Shown piece after piece: positions 8,127-16,627 of a stretch of 37,735 nt of DNA. Both the position numbers and the translations under genes were made by a program. The notes under the pieces are model-generated. The model had not been told where the DNA came from, made no database searches, and was given only the letters and a program-made list of their open reading frames with translations. Every line of letters begins with the position of its first letter. The stretch's first letter is position 1. This DNA is from an uncultured Ruminococcus sp. (GTDB lineage Bacteria; Bacillota; Clostridia; Oscillospirales; CAG-272): NCBI GenBank assembly GCA_902784545.1, contig CACZVC010000002.1, positions 1 to 37,735 of the forward strand, given 5' to 3'.

Positions 8127-10157
8127 TCACGCGTTGGAGCTTACGTATTTGAACAGAGAAACTATGTCCTTGTTGTTTATCTGTCCGTCTCCGTTGCAGT
8201 CGAGCGCGTCCTCGTTTACCTTTACGTCGCCGCCGCTCAGATATTTGAACAGCGTAACGACGTCCTTGTTGTTCGCCGTACCGTCGCCGTTTATATCGCC
8301 GAAGACGACCGCGGCGCTTCCCGCCGCTTCAAAATCGAACGTGTAGCAGTAAAGCGAGCCGGTTTTCGAAACTCTCGTATAATCGCCGTCGACGTATTCG
8401 GATGAGGCGTTGAAGAACACGTCGGGAAGCTCGTCGGAATCGAAACGGTAGCCCGGTACGGGATTCAATTCAAAGAAAATGTAATACGTTCCGCCGCTTG
8501 CAAACACATCCTCCGGCTCCATGCTGATATCGCCCGATGCAGCATCGAACCAAATCGCGTTTGATATCGTGTAAGGCGCGCCGTCCGGCAAGGATATGCC
8601 CGCGAGACTGCCGCCCGCAGTTTCACCGGCGACCGGCGGTCTTATACCGTCGAGCCCGACCTCTCTTATGATCTCGTTATCAACGCCGGAATAGTTTTTC
8701 GGCAGCGTCCAGATATTGAAGCTTCCGGTATCAGTTAACGAAGTATATTCAGGATCGATCATTACGCTTTCGCCGTTGATCGTTATTACAGCAGCGTTTG
8801 AAAACGCGCAGCCGTCCGACGGCGTGACGATAATATTGAGCGAATAATAATTTCCCGTTTCAAATTCATCGTCGTCATACATATCGTCGTTCGTTGTGTC
8901 GCAGAACCACCGCGCTTCATTGATCCTGTAATTTACGCCCTCAGGCACCGAAAGAGACGGCAGATCCGCGGGCGTCTGTCCGTTCTCCGGCTCGACAAAG
9001 CCGGTTATCCTGACTTCTTCTATAAGCTCCGCGTAAGGCGTTATCGCAGTCGAATAAACGTACAGATCGTTTTCGTTCACGAAGCATCTGTCGTAATCAA
9101 GCTCAAAGCTTGAAAGTATGACGCTTATCGGGAAAGAAAACTCGCTGCCTTCATTGAGCCTTACAACAGCTGCGAAATAATACTCAACGTCTGCTTCAAA
9201 TACGTCGTCCGGTTTCATTGCAGTCTGATCCGCCGCTTTATACCAGCCGTATTCGATCAGACTGAAAGGCGCGTCCTCCATGACGAAGGCTTCCGGCATA
9301 TCGCCCGCCTTTTTTCCCGTTACGGGTTTATCGCTTCCTTTGATCTCAACGAAATCGACCTTGTTCGACATTTCGACCGTACCCGGGACAGACCAGAGTC
9401 TTACCGAATACTCGTCTGCCGTCGACGTGTTGTCCATGTCAATCAGATCCTCGTAGCCGTTGATATAAAACCGCGTTGTATCGCCGAAAACGTATCCCTC
9501 GGTCGGCGCGAGGTCGACGAAAAGCGAAAATTCAAGACCTGCCGTAAATACGTCATCATCGTCCATTCTCTCGTTTTCGTCGTCGTTGAACCAGCACCAG
9601 TCGCGTATTTCGAATCCGACGCCGTCAACATCCGGCTCGCCCGTTTCCCATACCTCCATACCGTCGGCGGGTATTTCCGTTATGATAACGTTTACCGTTT
9701 CTATGACTTTGACCTCGCCGTTATACAGCGGATATCCGGGCAGAGTATAAATGTAAAACACGTCTTCGCTTTCATCATAATAGGTGTAATCGCCGTCAAG
9801 ATACGATGTGCCGCCGTTTACGGTCGCTTTCGTGTCATAGCTGAAAGCGTAACCGTCGTCCGCTTTGAGCGTCATACAGAACGAATAAAGCTTCGCATAC
9901 TCAAAAACGTCGCCGCCGCCCATCATCTCGTCGTCCGTGTCGCAGTACCAGTAGACTTCGACGATATGATAATGCGCGCCGTCGGGGACCGTCGCCGTTA
10001 TCGCTTCCGCGGCGGTCATGCTCACGGCGGGAGCTGTATAACCGATCATTTCCGCGCCGGTTATCACGGTCGATGCGGCGATGGCGTTAAGCGGCAGAAC
10101 GCCGGCGATCAGCGCCGCGGCGATCATCACGCTTGCCAGAACTCTGATTTTTTTCAT
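8127..10157 (-). CDS. Secreted protein with five tandem ~110-115 aa beta-rich repeats and C-terminal dockerin
   Basis: ATG at 10157 follows AGGAG; signal peptide; repeat consensus I..V.I.G...P..G......VP....Y.I....W......M..DD.F....Y.......GY.F.....NG; dockerin GDINGDGTANNKD...DCNGDGQINNKD. Confidence 0.8.
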   Translation of the reverse strand: MKKIRVLASVMIAAALIAGVLPLNAIAASTVITGAEMIGYTAPAVSMTAAEAITATVPDGAHYHIVEVYWYCDTDDEMMGGGDVFEYAKLYSFCMTLKADDGYAFSYDTKATVNGGTSYLDGDYTYYDESEDVFYIYTLPGYPLYNGEVKVIETVNVIITEIPADGMEVWETGEPDVDGVGFEIRDWCWFNDDENERMDDDDVFTAGLEFSLFVDLAPTEGYVFGDTTRFYINGYEDLIDMDNTSTADEYSVRLWSVPGTVEMSNKVDFVEIKGSDKPVTGKKAGDMPEAFVMEDAPFSLIEYGWYKAADQTAMKPDDVFEADVEYYFAAVVRLNEGSEFSFPISVILSSFELDYDRCFVNENDLYVYSTAITPYAELIEEVRITGFVEPENGQTPADLPSLSVPEGVNYRINEARWFCDTTNDDMYDDDEFETGNYYSLNIIVTPSDGCAFSNAAVITINGESVMIDPEYTSLTDTGSFNIWTLPKNYSGVDNEIIREVGLDGIRPPVAGETAGGSLAGISLPDGAPYTISNAIWFDAASGDISMEPEDVFASGGTYYIFFELNPVPGYRFDSDELPDVFFNASSEYVDGDYTRVSKTGSLYCYTFDFEAAGSAAVVFGDINGDGTANNKDVVTLFKYLSGGDVKVNEDALDCNGDGQINNKDIVSLFKYVSSNA

Positions 10158-10181
10158 CGCTTTTCTCCTTATTATCATATA

Positions 10182-12110
10182 TCACAAGCTTCCGTTTTCA
10201 AGAAGCTCAACAAGCACGTTCTCGCTGACGGGACGCGAGAAAAAGAAACCCTGCAGATAATCGACGCCGAGCCTTTGCAAAAGCTCCGTCTGTTCTCTGT
10301 TCTCCACGCCCTCGACAAGTATCCCCTTTCGCATCTGTCTGAACATACGAATGTTGTTTTCAAGCAGCACCATTCCGAATTCGCTTTTTTCCGCGCCCCA
10401 GAGAATGGATTTATCGATCTTTATAACGTCGAAATCCATCGAAAACAGCGCTGAAACGTTTGAATAGCCCGTGCCGTAGTCGTCCATATATATGCGGTAG
10501 CCGGACTGCTTCATTTTGTTTATGACCGATTCCGTTTTCGCGTAGTCCGCGGCGTCGACGGATTCCGTAATTTCAAAGTTTATCTGCGACCTGTCCGCGC
10601 CGCATCCGTCGACTATTTTGTTTATATGTCCGACAATATCCGGCTGTATGAATTGAAGCACGGATAAATTTACGTTTATGCTCCGTATACCGAGCTTTTC
10701 CGGCACTCCGCTCGCCGAAAAACGGCAGACCTGACGAAGCACTATATCGTCAAGCTCTCCTATCAGACCTATCTGCTCCGCTATCGGTATGAATTCGTCG
10801 GGATATATCTCGCCTAATCTCTCGTCGTGCAGGCGCATAAGAGCCTCCGCGCCGTAAACTTTGAGACTGTCGGCGCAAACGGTGGGCTGATAGAACGTTA
10901 TTACGCCGTTGTTGTCGATACATCTCTGTATCGCGTCCTCGACCGTGCGGCGGCGCAGGATATATCCTAAGCTGTCTTTGCCTATCATGCATTTCTGATG
11001 GCCGCGCGGAAGCGAGCTGTCGGCCGTGTTGAATATATCCTCCACGTTGTCTATATCATCCGGTATACCGGCTAAGATCGTCGCCGCGGAAAGTATTATG
11101 TCAACGTTGTTATAATGCCAGCTTTTATTGAAGCGGTCGCTTATGCGGAGCGCTTTTTCTTTCGCTTCTTCTTTTTTGTCTCTCGTCAGCGTCAGAACGA
11201 ACGTGTCCGGCATGAGATAATATATATTGTAACGCTTTACGAATTTTTCAAGCTCCGCCGCGACGGTGGCGGCAAGCGCGGTAAGATTAGACGTACCTGT
11301 CATACGCCTTACGGAATCCGCGCTTTCGAGCTTTATGCAGATTATATGGAACCTGCGCTTGTTCGCTATAAGGTTATCGAGATCTATCTGCAGCGCCTTG
11401 CGGTTGTAAACGCCGAGCTCAGGCTCGACGAGGTTCGCCTCGTCCTCGACCGCGAGCAGAAGTCCGAGGAACGCCAGAGCCTCGGCGAAAAGCTCCACGC
11501 GCAGCTTGATGAAAATAAGCTGTATGCCTATGCCTATCACAACGACGGAGACGAAATACGTAAGCGCGACGCGCCGCTTCGCCGTTATCGCCTTCCAGGA
11601 GCTGAAAAGGTTTGCTATAAAATACACTATGTAAAACGCCGATACGACGTATAAAATCGTTACTCCCCACCCTCTGTGATATTCTATCGTTATTTTGTCG
11701 TAATAATAGCACTGGTGATGAAGCGGATTCGTGAGCATCAGCGTTTCCACCGCGAGAACGGGCAGGTTGAAGATCACATGGCGTATCGGTGTAAAGCTCA
11801 TTATCCTTCCGGTTATGGACAAAACGTAATAGCCGAGAAGCGGAAGCATGGCGGCGTGCGTCAGAAAGTATACGTATTTGCTGAATGAAATAATATCGGG
11901 AAGCGCCGCCGATTCAAAGCGGTGCGGCGTGATAAGCGTTATGAAAATCTCCGATACCGTGTTCAGAACAAGAATGAAAAGCATATAAAGATACAGTTTT
12001 TTCTGCAGCTTATCCATTCTGTTCTGTATGAGTATATATACGACACACGATAAACCAATAAGTAAGCCGGCGATATGGAACGCCACGCCCATCGACTCAA
12101 GATCGGACAT
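10182..12110 (-). CDS. Membrane-bound EAL c-di-GMP phosphodiesterase with degenerate GGDEF domain
   Basis: About 7 N-terminal TM segments; GGDEF-like region (GVYNRKAL, LMPDTF in place of GGDEF); intact EAL motifs YQP, EAL, VNLS, FEITES, DDYGTGYS, IKIDKS, EGVE, QGFFFSRP. Confidence 0.9.
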   Translation of the reverse strand: MSDLESMGVAFHIAGLLIGLSCVVYILIQNRMDKLQKKLYLYMLFILVLNTVSEIFITLITPHRFESAALPDIISFSKYVYFLTHAAMLPLLGYYVLSITGRIMSFTPIRHVIFNLPVLAVETLMLTNPLHHQCYYYDKITIEYHRGWGVTILYVVSAFYIVYFIANLFSSWKAITAKRRVALTYFVSVVVIGIGIQLIFIKLRVELFAEALAFLGLLLAVEDEANLVEPELGVYNRKALQIDLDNLIANKRRFHIICIKLESADSVRRMTGTSNLTALAATVAAELEKFVKRYNIYYLMPDTFVLTLTRDKKEEAKEKALRISDRFNKSWHYNNVDIILSAATILAGIPDDIDNVEDIFNTADSSLPRGHQKCMIGKDSLGYILRRRTVEDAIQRCIDNNGVITFYQPTVCADSLKVYGAEALMRLHDERLGEIYPDEFIPIAEQIGLIGELDDIVLRQVCRFSASGVPEKLGIRSINVNLSVLQFIQPDIVGHINKIVDGCGADRSQINFEITESVDAADYAKTESVINKMKQSGYRIYMDDYGTGYSNVSALFSMDFDVIKIDKSILWGAEKSEFGMVLLENNIRMFRQMRKGILVEGVENREQTELLQRLGVDYLQGFFFSRPVSENVLVELLENGSL

Positions 12111-12154
12111 CAGTTAACCTCCGGAAAATGATATTGACCCATTTTAACATTATA

Positions 12155-12183
12155 ATTATATCATAAATAACAACAAGTGTCAA
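12155..12183 (-). promoter_or_regulatory. sigmaA promoter for the EAL gene
   Basis: Minus strand TTGACA-N17-TATAAT with TG extension. Confidence 0.75.
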
Positions 12184-12290
12184 TATTCATTTTTAAATAT
12201 ATTACATATTAACCAAAAACAAAAATCCGGATAAAAAGCGAAAGTATGGAAAAAAAGTATCAAATAACCGAAATTTCCTTTGAAAATCTC

Positions 12291-12319
12291 TTGAAAAGAA
12301 AAGAATTTTATGGTATAAT
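12291..12319 (+). promoter_or_regulatory. sigmaA promoter for the DHH gene
   Basis: TTGAAA-N17-TATAAT with TG extension; lies inside the over-extended track ORF. Confidence 0.7.
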
Positions 12320-12350
12320 AAGCAAAACTGATTATCACCCGGAGGTTATA

Positions 12351-13280
12351 ATGGATAAAAAAATGAGACTTGTTACGCGCAGTGACTTCGACGGTCTTGC
12401 CTGCGCCATGATGCTCCGCGATCTCGATATGATAGACGAGATTAAATTCGTACATCCCAAGGACGTACAGGACGGAAAGATCGAGCTTTCCGACAGAGAC
12501 ATAACGACGAATCTGCCGTACGATCCGCGCGTTGCCATCGCGTTCGATCACCACGAATCGGAAATAGACAGACTCAAAGCGCAGGAGGTCGGCGGCAAGC
12601 TGATAATAGACCCGAACGCGAGAAGCGCGGCGCGCGTATTATACGACTACTACGGCGGCAAAGAGACTTTCAAATGCATAAGCGATGAGCTTATGGCGGC
12701 GGTCGACAAGGGCGACAGCGCGGATTTCACGCTTGACGAGGTGCTTCATCCCGAGGGATGGGTGCTTATGCATTTTCTTATGGACCCGCGCACGGGTCTC
12801 GGCCGTTTCCGCGATTTCAGGATATCGAACTACGACCTTATGATGGAGCTTATCGGCTACTGCATGAACCACTCGATAGACGATATACTTGCTCTGCCCG
12901 ACGTTAAGGAGCGCGTCGACCTTTACCGCGAGCAGTCGGAGCTTTTCGAGGCTCAGCTGAAGCGCATAGCAAGGGTCGAGGGCAAGGTCGTTGTGCTCGA
13001 TCTGCGCAATGAAGAGATAATCCACGCCGGCAACCGCTTTATGATATACGCTCTGTACCCCGAAGCGCAGATATCCGTACACGTCGCGTGGGGCTTCCGC
13101 AAGCAGAACACCGCGGTCATGATAGGCAAATCCATATTCAACAAGAATTCGACGGTTGATATAGGCGAGCTCTGCCTCGGCTACGGCGGCGGCGGACACA
13201 GAAACGCCGGCACCTGCCAGCTCGATAACGACGTCGTCGACGAAAAGCTCGTCGATATTATAAAGGCGCTGAACGCGTAA
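12351..13280 (+). CDS. DHH/DHHA1 phosphoesterase ('exopolyphosphatase-related', PggH/nanoRNase-like)
   Basis: Start re-assigned to ATG 12351 (GGAGG RBS, promoter upstream). RLVTRSDFDG, VHPKDVQDG, FDHH, SAARV, DPRTGLGRF, GGGGHRNAGTC. Confidence 0.85.
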   Translation: MDKKMRLVTRSDFDGLACAMMLRDLDMIDEIKFVHPKDVQDGKIELSDRDITTNLPYDPRVAIAFDHHESEIDRLKAQEVGGKLIIDPNARSAARVLYDYYGGKETFKCISDELMAAVDKGDSADFTLDEVLHPEGWVLMHFLMDPRTGLGRFRDFRISNYDLMMELIGYCMNHSIDDILALPDVKERVDLYREQSELFEAQLKRIARVEGKVVVLDLRNEEIIHAGNRFMIYALYPEAQISVHVAWGFRKQNTAVMIGKSIFNKNSTVDIGELCLGYGGGGHRNAGTCQLDNDVVDEKLVDIIKALNA

Positions 13281-13341
13281 AATACCGTACAAAAACTAAA
13301 GCGAACGTTTTGCGCGCTGCGCTGAAAAACAAAATATAAAT

Positions 13342-13385
13342 ACCGGCTGATATAAGGAAATACGCTCCTTATTTCAGCCGGTTTA
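13342..13385. terminator. Long hairpin, probable terminator of the DHH gene
   Basis: ACCGGCTGATATAAGGA...TCCTTATTTCAGCCGGT followed by TT. Confidence 0.55.
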
Positions 13386-13457
13386 TACGTTCAAGCGTTT
13401 TTTCGTCAAAAGAAAGAAAGCGATATGATATTTGCCCGCGTGCAGGGCAAATACAGC

Positions 13458-13495
13458 TGCCGGCTGTCATTTCTGACAGCCGGCATACGTTTTTT
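13458..13495. terminator. Hairpin or terminator between convergent genes
   Basis: TGCCGGCTGTCA-TTTC-TGACAGCCGGCA, 12-bp perfect stem, T-run downstream. Confidence 0.55.
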
Positions 13496-13521
13496 ATGCT
13501 CCGGTACCGCGTACCGTGATT

Positions 13522-16500
13522 TTATTGTTTAACTGTTATCTCGTATTCCTTCGCCTTGTTCATATCGACGTTGAACGAGAAGGAATAAGTGCCGTCGTCG
13601 TCGCGGCTGACCTGATATCCGTCGTAGCCGTTTACGCCCGCAAGCTCTATTTCAACGGGCTTGCCGTCGGCTTTGAATGAAATCTCCGGTTTCGTGTAGT
13701 CCTTGAAGCCGTAGACCCTTACCGCCGCGGTGCTCCTGCCGCCGGATATTTTGAATACCGCCTTGTTGTCCTTCGCTTTTACGGACGGGATGATGGTATC
13801 GTCGACCGCCTCGCCCTCGATAACGGTTATCTTATACGGGTCGACGCAGCTGTCGGCTCTTACGTTTCTTACGTTATCGTCGTTTTTGCTCGTGCTGTAG
13901 CCCCACGGCAGAAGTATCATTTCAAACTCGATAACGTCGCCCTTTTTAAGCGTTACCTCGCCCAGATCGAGCGTGAGTGTTCCCGTGTTTATAATGCCGT
14001 CGAACTGATCGTGCACTATGAAGCCGCCGTCGTACTTTTTGCCGTTTATCGTTATGTCGCTCGATCTGACGATAAGACCGAAGTTTACGGATTCCTTAAT
14101 GTTTCCGCCGAAGTAATCGTAATACGGATATTCCTTTCCGAGCTTTACGTATCTGTCGGTCTCGCCTTTTACGTCTTCTATGACCTGCTTGCCGTTTTCG
14201 TCAAGATAACCCATTTTTGCGAAAGTCACGGTGTAGCTGTCGAACTTGAACAGAGCGAAATCTTTTTTGAAATCGGCGATGCTGACGTCGTCCTGCACCT
14301 CGTATTTGACGTGGTAATACGTTCTCGTCTCGTCCGTCTGCGCCATTTCGGCGTGGCGGTACGTCGCTTTTATCTTGTTGTCGTCGGACAGGAAATTCAT
14401 CGTTATATCCGCGTAAACGGGTCCGCTCGATTTGATGTTCGCGCTCTGCGATTCGGTTTTGTTGAGTTTTCCTTCCTTGTCGTTATACTGTAAGAAATAA
14501 AGTCTGCCTATGCTCGTGTGCTGTGTGCCTGTGTTGTTTTCCCAGAACGGAGCGGAATTAGCGCGGAAGTCCGGCAGCATGAATCCGTCCTTGCCGAATA
14601 CGTAGTAAGGCGTTATGCAGTTCGTCTCCGTAACGCCGACGGAAATATGATAATACGGGATGTGGAAGGCTATGAACGATATCTGTTTCAGCGGGTATTT
14701 GCCCCAGTTCTGATACAGATGCACCATAGTGAACTTCTTGCACTCGTCTTTTCCGACCGTCAGCGGAACGTATACCTCGCCGAACGCGGCGGCGCCGGTA
14801 CCCTTTTCGGGATAGTACAGCGGCTCCTCGTTTTCGCCGTCGAAGTTTTTGCCGACCTCGAGCGGGAGCGGAAGCATTCTGTCGTTTTCGTCAAGGAACG
14901 CCGCGCATTCGATCCTGCCTCTCCTTGTCGCCAGGTTCTCCGCGGTCTGTATATATATCTTTCTGTCGGTGACGCCGTCTCCGCTTATCGCCGCGTTTAT
15001 AAGGAACTGCTTGTCGCCGTTTTTGAAAGCCGTGGCGAACTCCGTGCCTTTGCAGGTGAACATATAGCTGCCCATAAGCGCGTCGTAGCCCTTGTACGAG
15101 GCGTTATCGACTTCTTTCATTATTTTTATATCGGTAAGCGGATTCCTTTCAACGTACGCTTCCTTGCGCAGATCGTTGAACTGGTGAGACGAAGACGTGT
15201 AAATGCGGTGGCCGAAACGCAGGTCTCTGCCCTTTTTGATAGTTTCCTTTATCTCGATGCCGCGCGTTATGACGTAATTGCCGTCCTTCAATTCGACTCT
15301 GATATAACCGTTATTCTCCGCCACGGGCATTATTATGCCGTAAACGCCCGCGCCGTTTATATCGAAGCCGACGTATTCGGTCGAATCGAAATCGAAGCCG
15401 TCAAGCGAGGAGACCTCGCCGTTTTTGTTTTTGATAACGAATTTTCTGACTGTGTCGGCGGGTATGACCGTCTGCGTTTCAAGCACGCCGCCGTCGCTGT
15501 AATCCGATATGGCGACGACGCGGACAACGTCGTGCATTTTATCGGGATAGGTATGGAAAATACGCTCGAGCGCGAGGGGGATGGTGACGTCCTTGCGCTT
15601 CAACGCCTTTATCTCGGATATAACGACCTTCTCGCCGCCCTCCGTTCCGCAGTCTATACGGAAACCGGTCACTTTGCCGTTGTAATCCGGCAATGCCGAA
15701 AGCGGAACGACGACCGTGCATTCCCTGCCGGCTATGAATCTGAAGCCTATCGACTGCTCCTGATTGTATTCTTTCTTGGAGCCGGCTATGAGGTAGATGT
15801 AAGCCGAAGCGGACGTTTCCGCCTTTATCGTGATCCTTACCGCGTCGTATTCATCGGCGGAGTAGTTTACGTTTGACATGATATACGGGTCGATCGACGA
15901 TTTGACCGTATAATTGATAACGCCGCGCTTTGAGGTGAGCTTCGTTATGTCCGGACTGCCGGACCAGACCTTCGTTTTGTCTATGATATCATAATAATCG
16001 CCTTCATTCGTCGCCGCGCCGGGTTCGATGAGATCCTGATCGCGGAAACGGAAATCATAGTAGTAATAGCCCAGACGGTTGCTGTTCATCCTCGCGTTCG
16101 CGTAAGAATACGCGCCGCTGAATTTGACGCCCGCGGAATTTACGACGTATGCGTCCATTGTATTTGTGAAATACGGCTTGCCCTCAGCGTTATAAAGCGT
16201 CTCGACCTGCTTTTTGCCTGTTTCCGACAGATTGTAAAGCAAAGACGACGTGCCGTTGTATATCAGGAATTTCGATCTTACGTCGTCGGTGAATTTGCCG
16301 CCGACGATGTTCTTTGTTTCGTTTGCGTTGTCGATCGTGCTGTTCCAGTCGGTCTTTGAAAAGTCGACCGCGCTGAAATCAACGGGATCGCGCGTTATCT
16401 TATCGTAGAACACCGGATCCTCGTCGACAATCGGCTCCTCCGTTACGGCGCCTGTCTCCGTGACTTCCCCCGTCGTTTCGGCGGCTGTTTCTGTTTCTTT

Positions 16501-16605
16501 CACGCTTGTTACCTCCTCTGTGGTTTGCGGTGTTACCGTAGGATTGCACGCAGCCGCGCAAAGCAGCGTTACGACGGCAAGTACGGCTGAAATCAGTTTT
16601 TTCAT
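13522..16605 (-). CDS. Large lipoprotein of unknown function (1027 aa) with an internal CBM-like module
   Basis: Signal peptide with Cys (LCAAAC), Thr/Glu linker, beta-rich body; residues ~205-335 match the domain repeated in 24732-26672. Confidence 0.85.
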   Translation of the reverse strand: MKKLISAVLAVVTLLCAAACNPTVTPQTTEEVTSVKETETAAETTGEVTETGAVTEEPIVDEDPVFYDKITRDPVDFSAVDFSKTDWNSTIDNANETKNIVGGKFTDDVRSKFLIYNGTSSLLYNLSETGKKQVETLYNAEGKPYFTNTMDAYVVNSAGVKFSGAYSYANARMNSNRLGYYYYDFRFRDQDLIEPGAATNEGDYYDIIDKTKVWSGSPDITKLTSKRGVINYTVKSSIDPYIMSNVNYSADEYDAVRITIKAETSASAYIYLIAGSKKEYNQEQSIGFRFIAGRECTVVVPLSALPDYNGKVTGFRIDCGTEGGEKVVISEIKALKRKDVTIPLALERIFHTYPDKMHDVVRVVAISDYSDGGVLETQTVIPADTVRKFVIKNKNGEVSSLDGFDFDSTEYVGFDINGAGVYGIIMPVAENNGYIRVELKDGNYVITRGIEIKETIKKGRDLRFGHRIYTSSSHQFNDLRKEAYVERNPLTDIKIMKEVDNASYKGYDALMGSYMFTCKGTEFATAFKNGDKQFLINAAISGDGVTDRKIYIQTAENLATRRGRIECAAFLDENDRMLPLPLEVGKNFDGENEEPLYYPEKGTGAAAFGEVYVPLTVGKDECKKFTMVHLYQNWGKYPLKQISFIAFHIPYYHISVGVTETNCITPYYVFGKDGFMLPDFRANSAPFWENNTGTQHTSIGRLYFLQYNDKEGKLNKTESQSANIKSSGPVYADITMNFLSDDNKIKATYRHAEMAQTDETRTYYHVKYEVQDDVSIADFKKDFALFKFDSYTVTFAKMGYLDENGKQVIEDVKGETDRYVKLGKEYPYYDYFGGNIKESVNFGLIVRSSDITINGKKYDGGFIVHDQFDGIINTGTLTLDLGEVTLKKGDVIEFEMILLPWGYSTSKNDDNVRNVRADSCVDPYKITVIEGEAVDDTIIPSVKAKDNKAVFKISGGRSTAAVRVYGFKDYTKPEISFKADGKPVEIELAGVNGYDGYQVSRDDDGTYSFSFNVDMNKAKEYEITVKQ

Positions 16606-16627
16606 ATATGTACCTCTGAAAATTATT

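Noticed and set aside
8320-10070. Cohesin-containing scaffoldin
   Set aside because: Repeats are shorter than typical cohesins and lack patterns I recognise as cohesin
11000-11430. Active diguanylate cyclase domain
   Set aside because: The GGDEF signature is replaced by LMPDTF
12246-12350. N-terminal extension of the DHH ORF
   Set aside because: Contains the promoter; the RBS and family-like sequence begin at 12351
13300-13500. Possible CRISPR mini-array or tRNA
   Set aside because: Hairpins are non-identical with no regular spacers, no cas genes and no cloverleaf/T-loop motif
14518-15876. 452-aa + strand ORF (likewise 17042-17953, 2198-3157, 12639-13292 and 27500-28126)
   Set aside because: Antisense shadows of real genes, expected from codon bias; no RBS or recognisable domains
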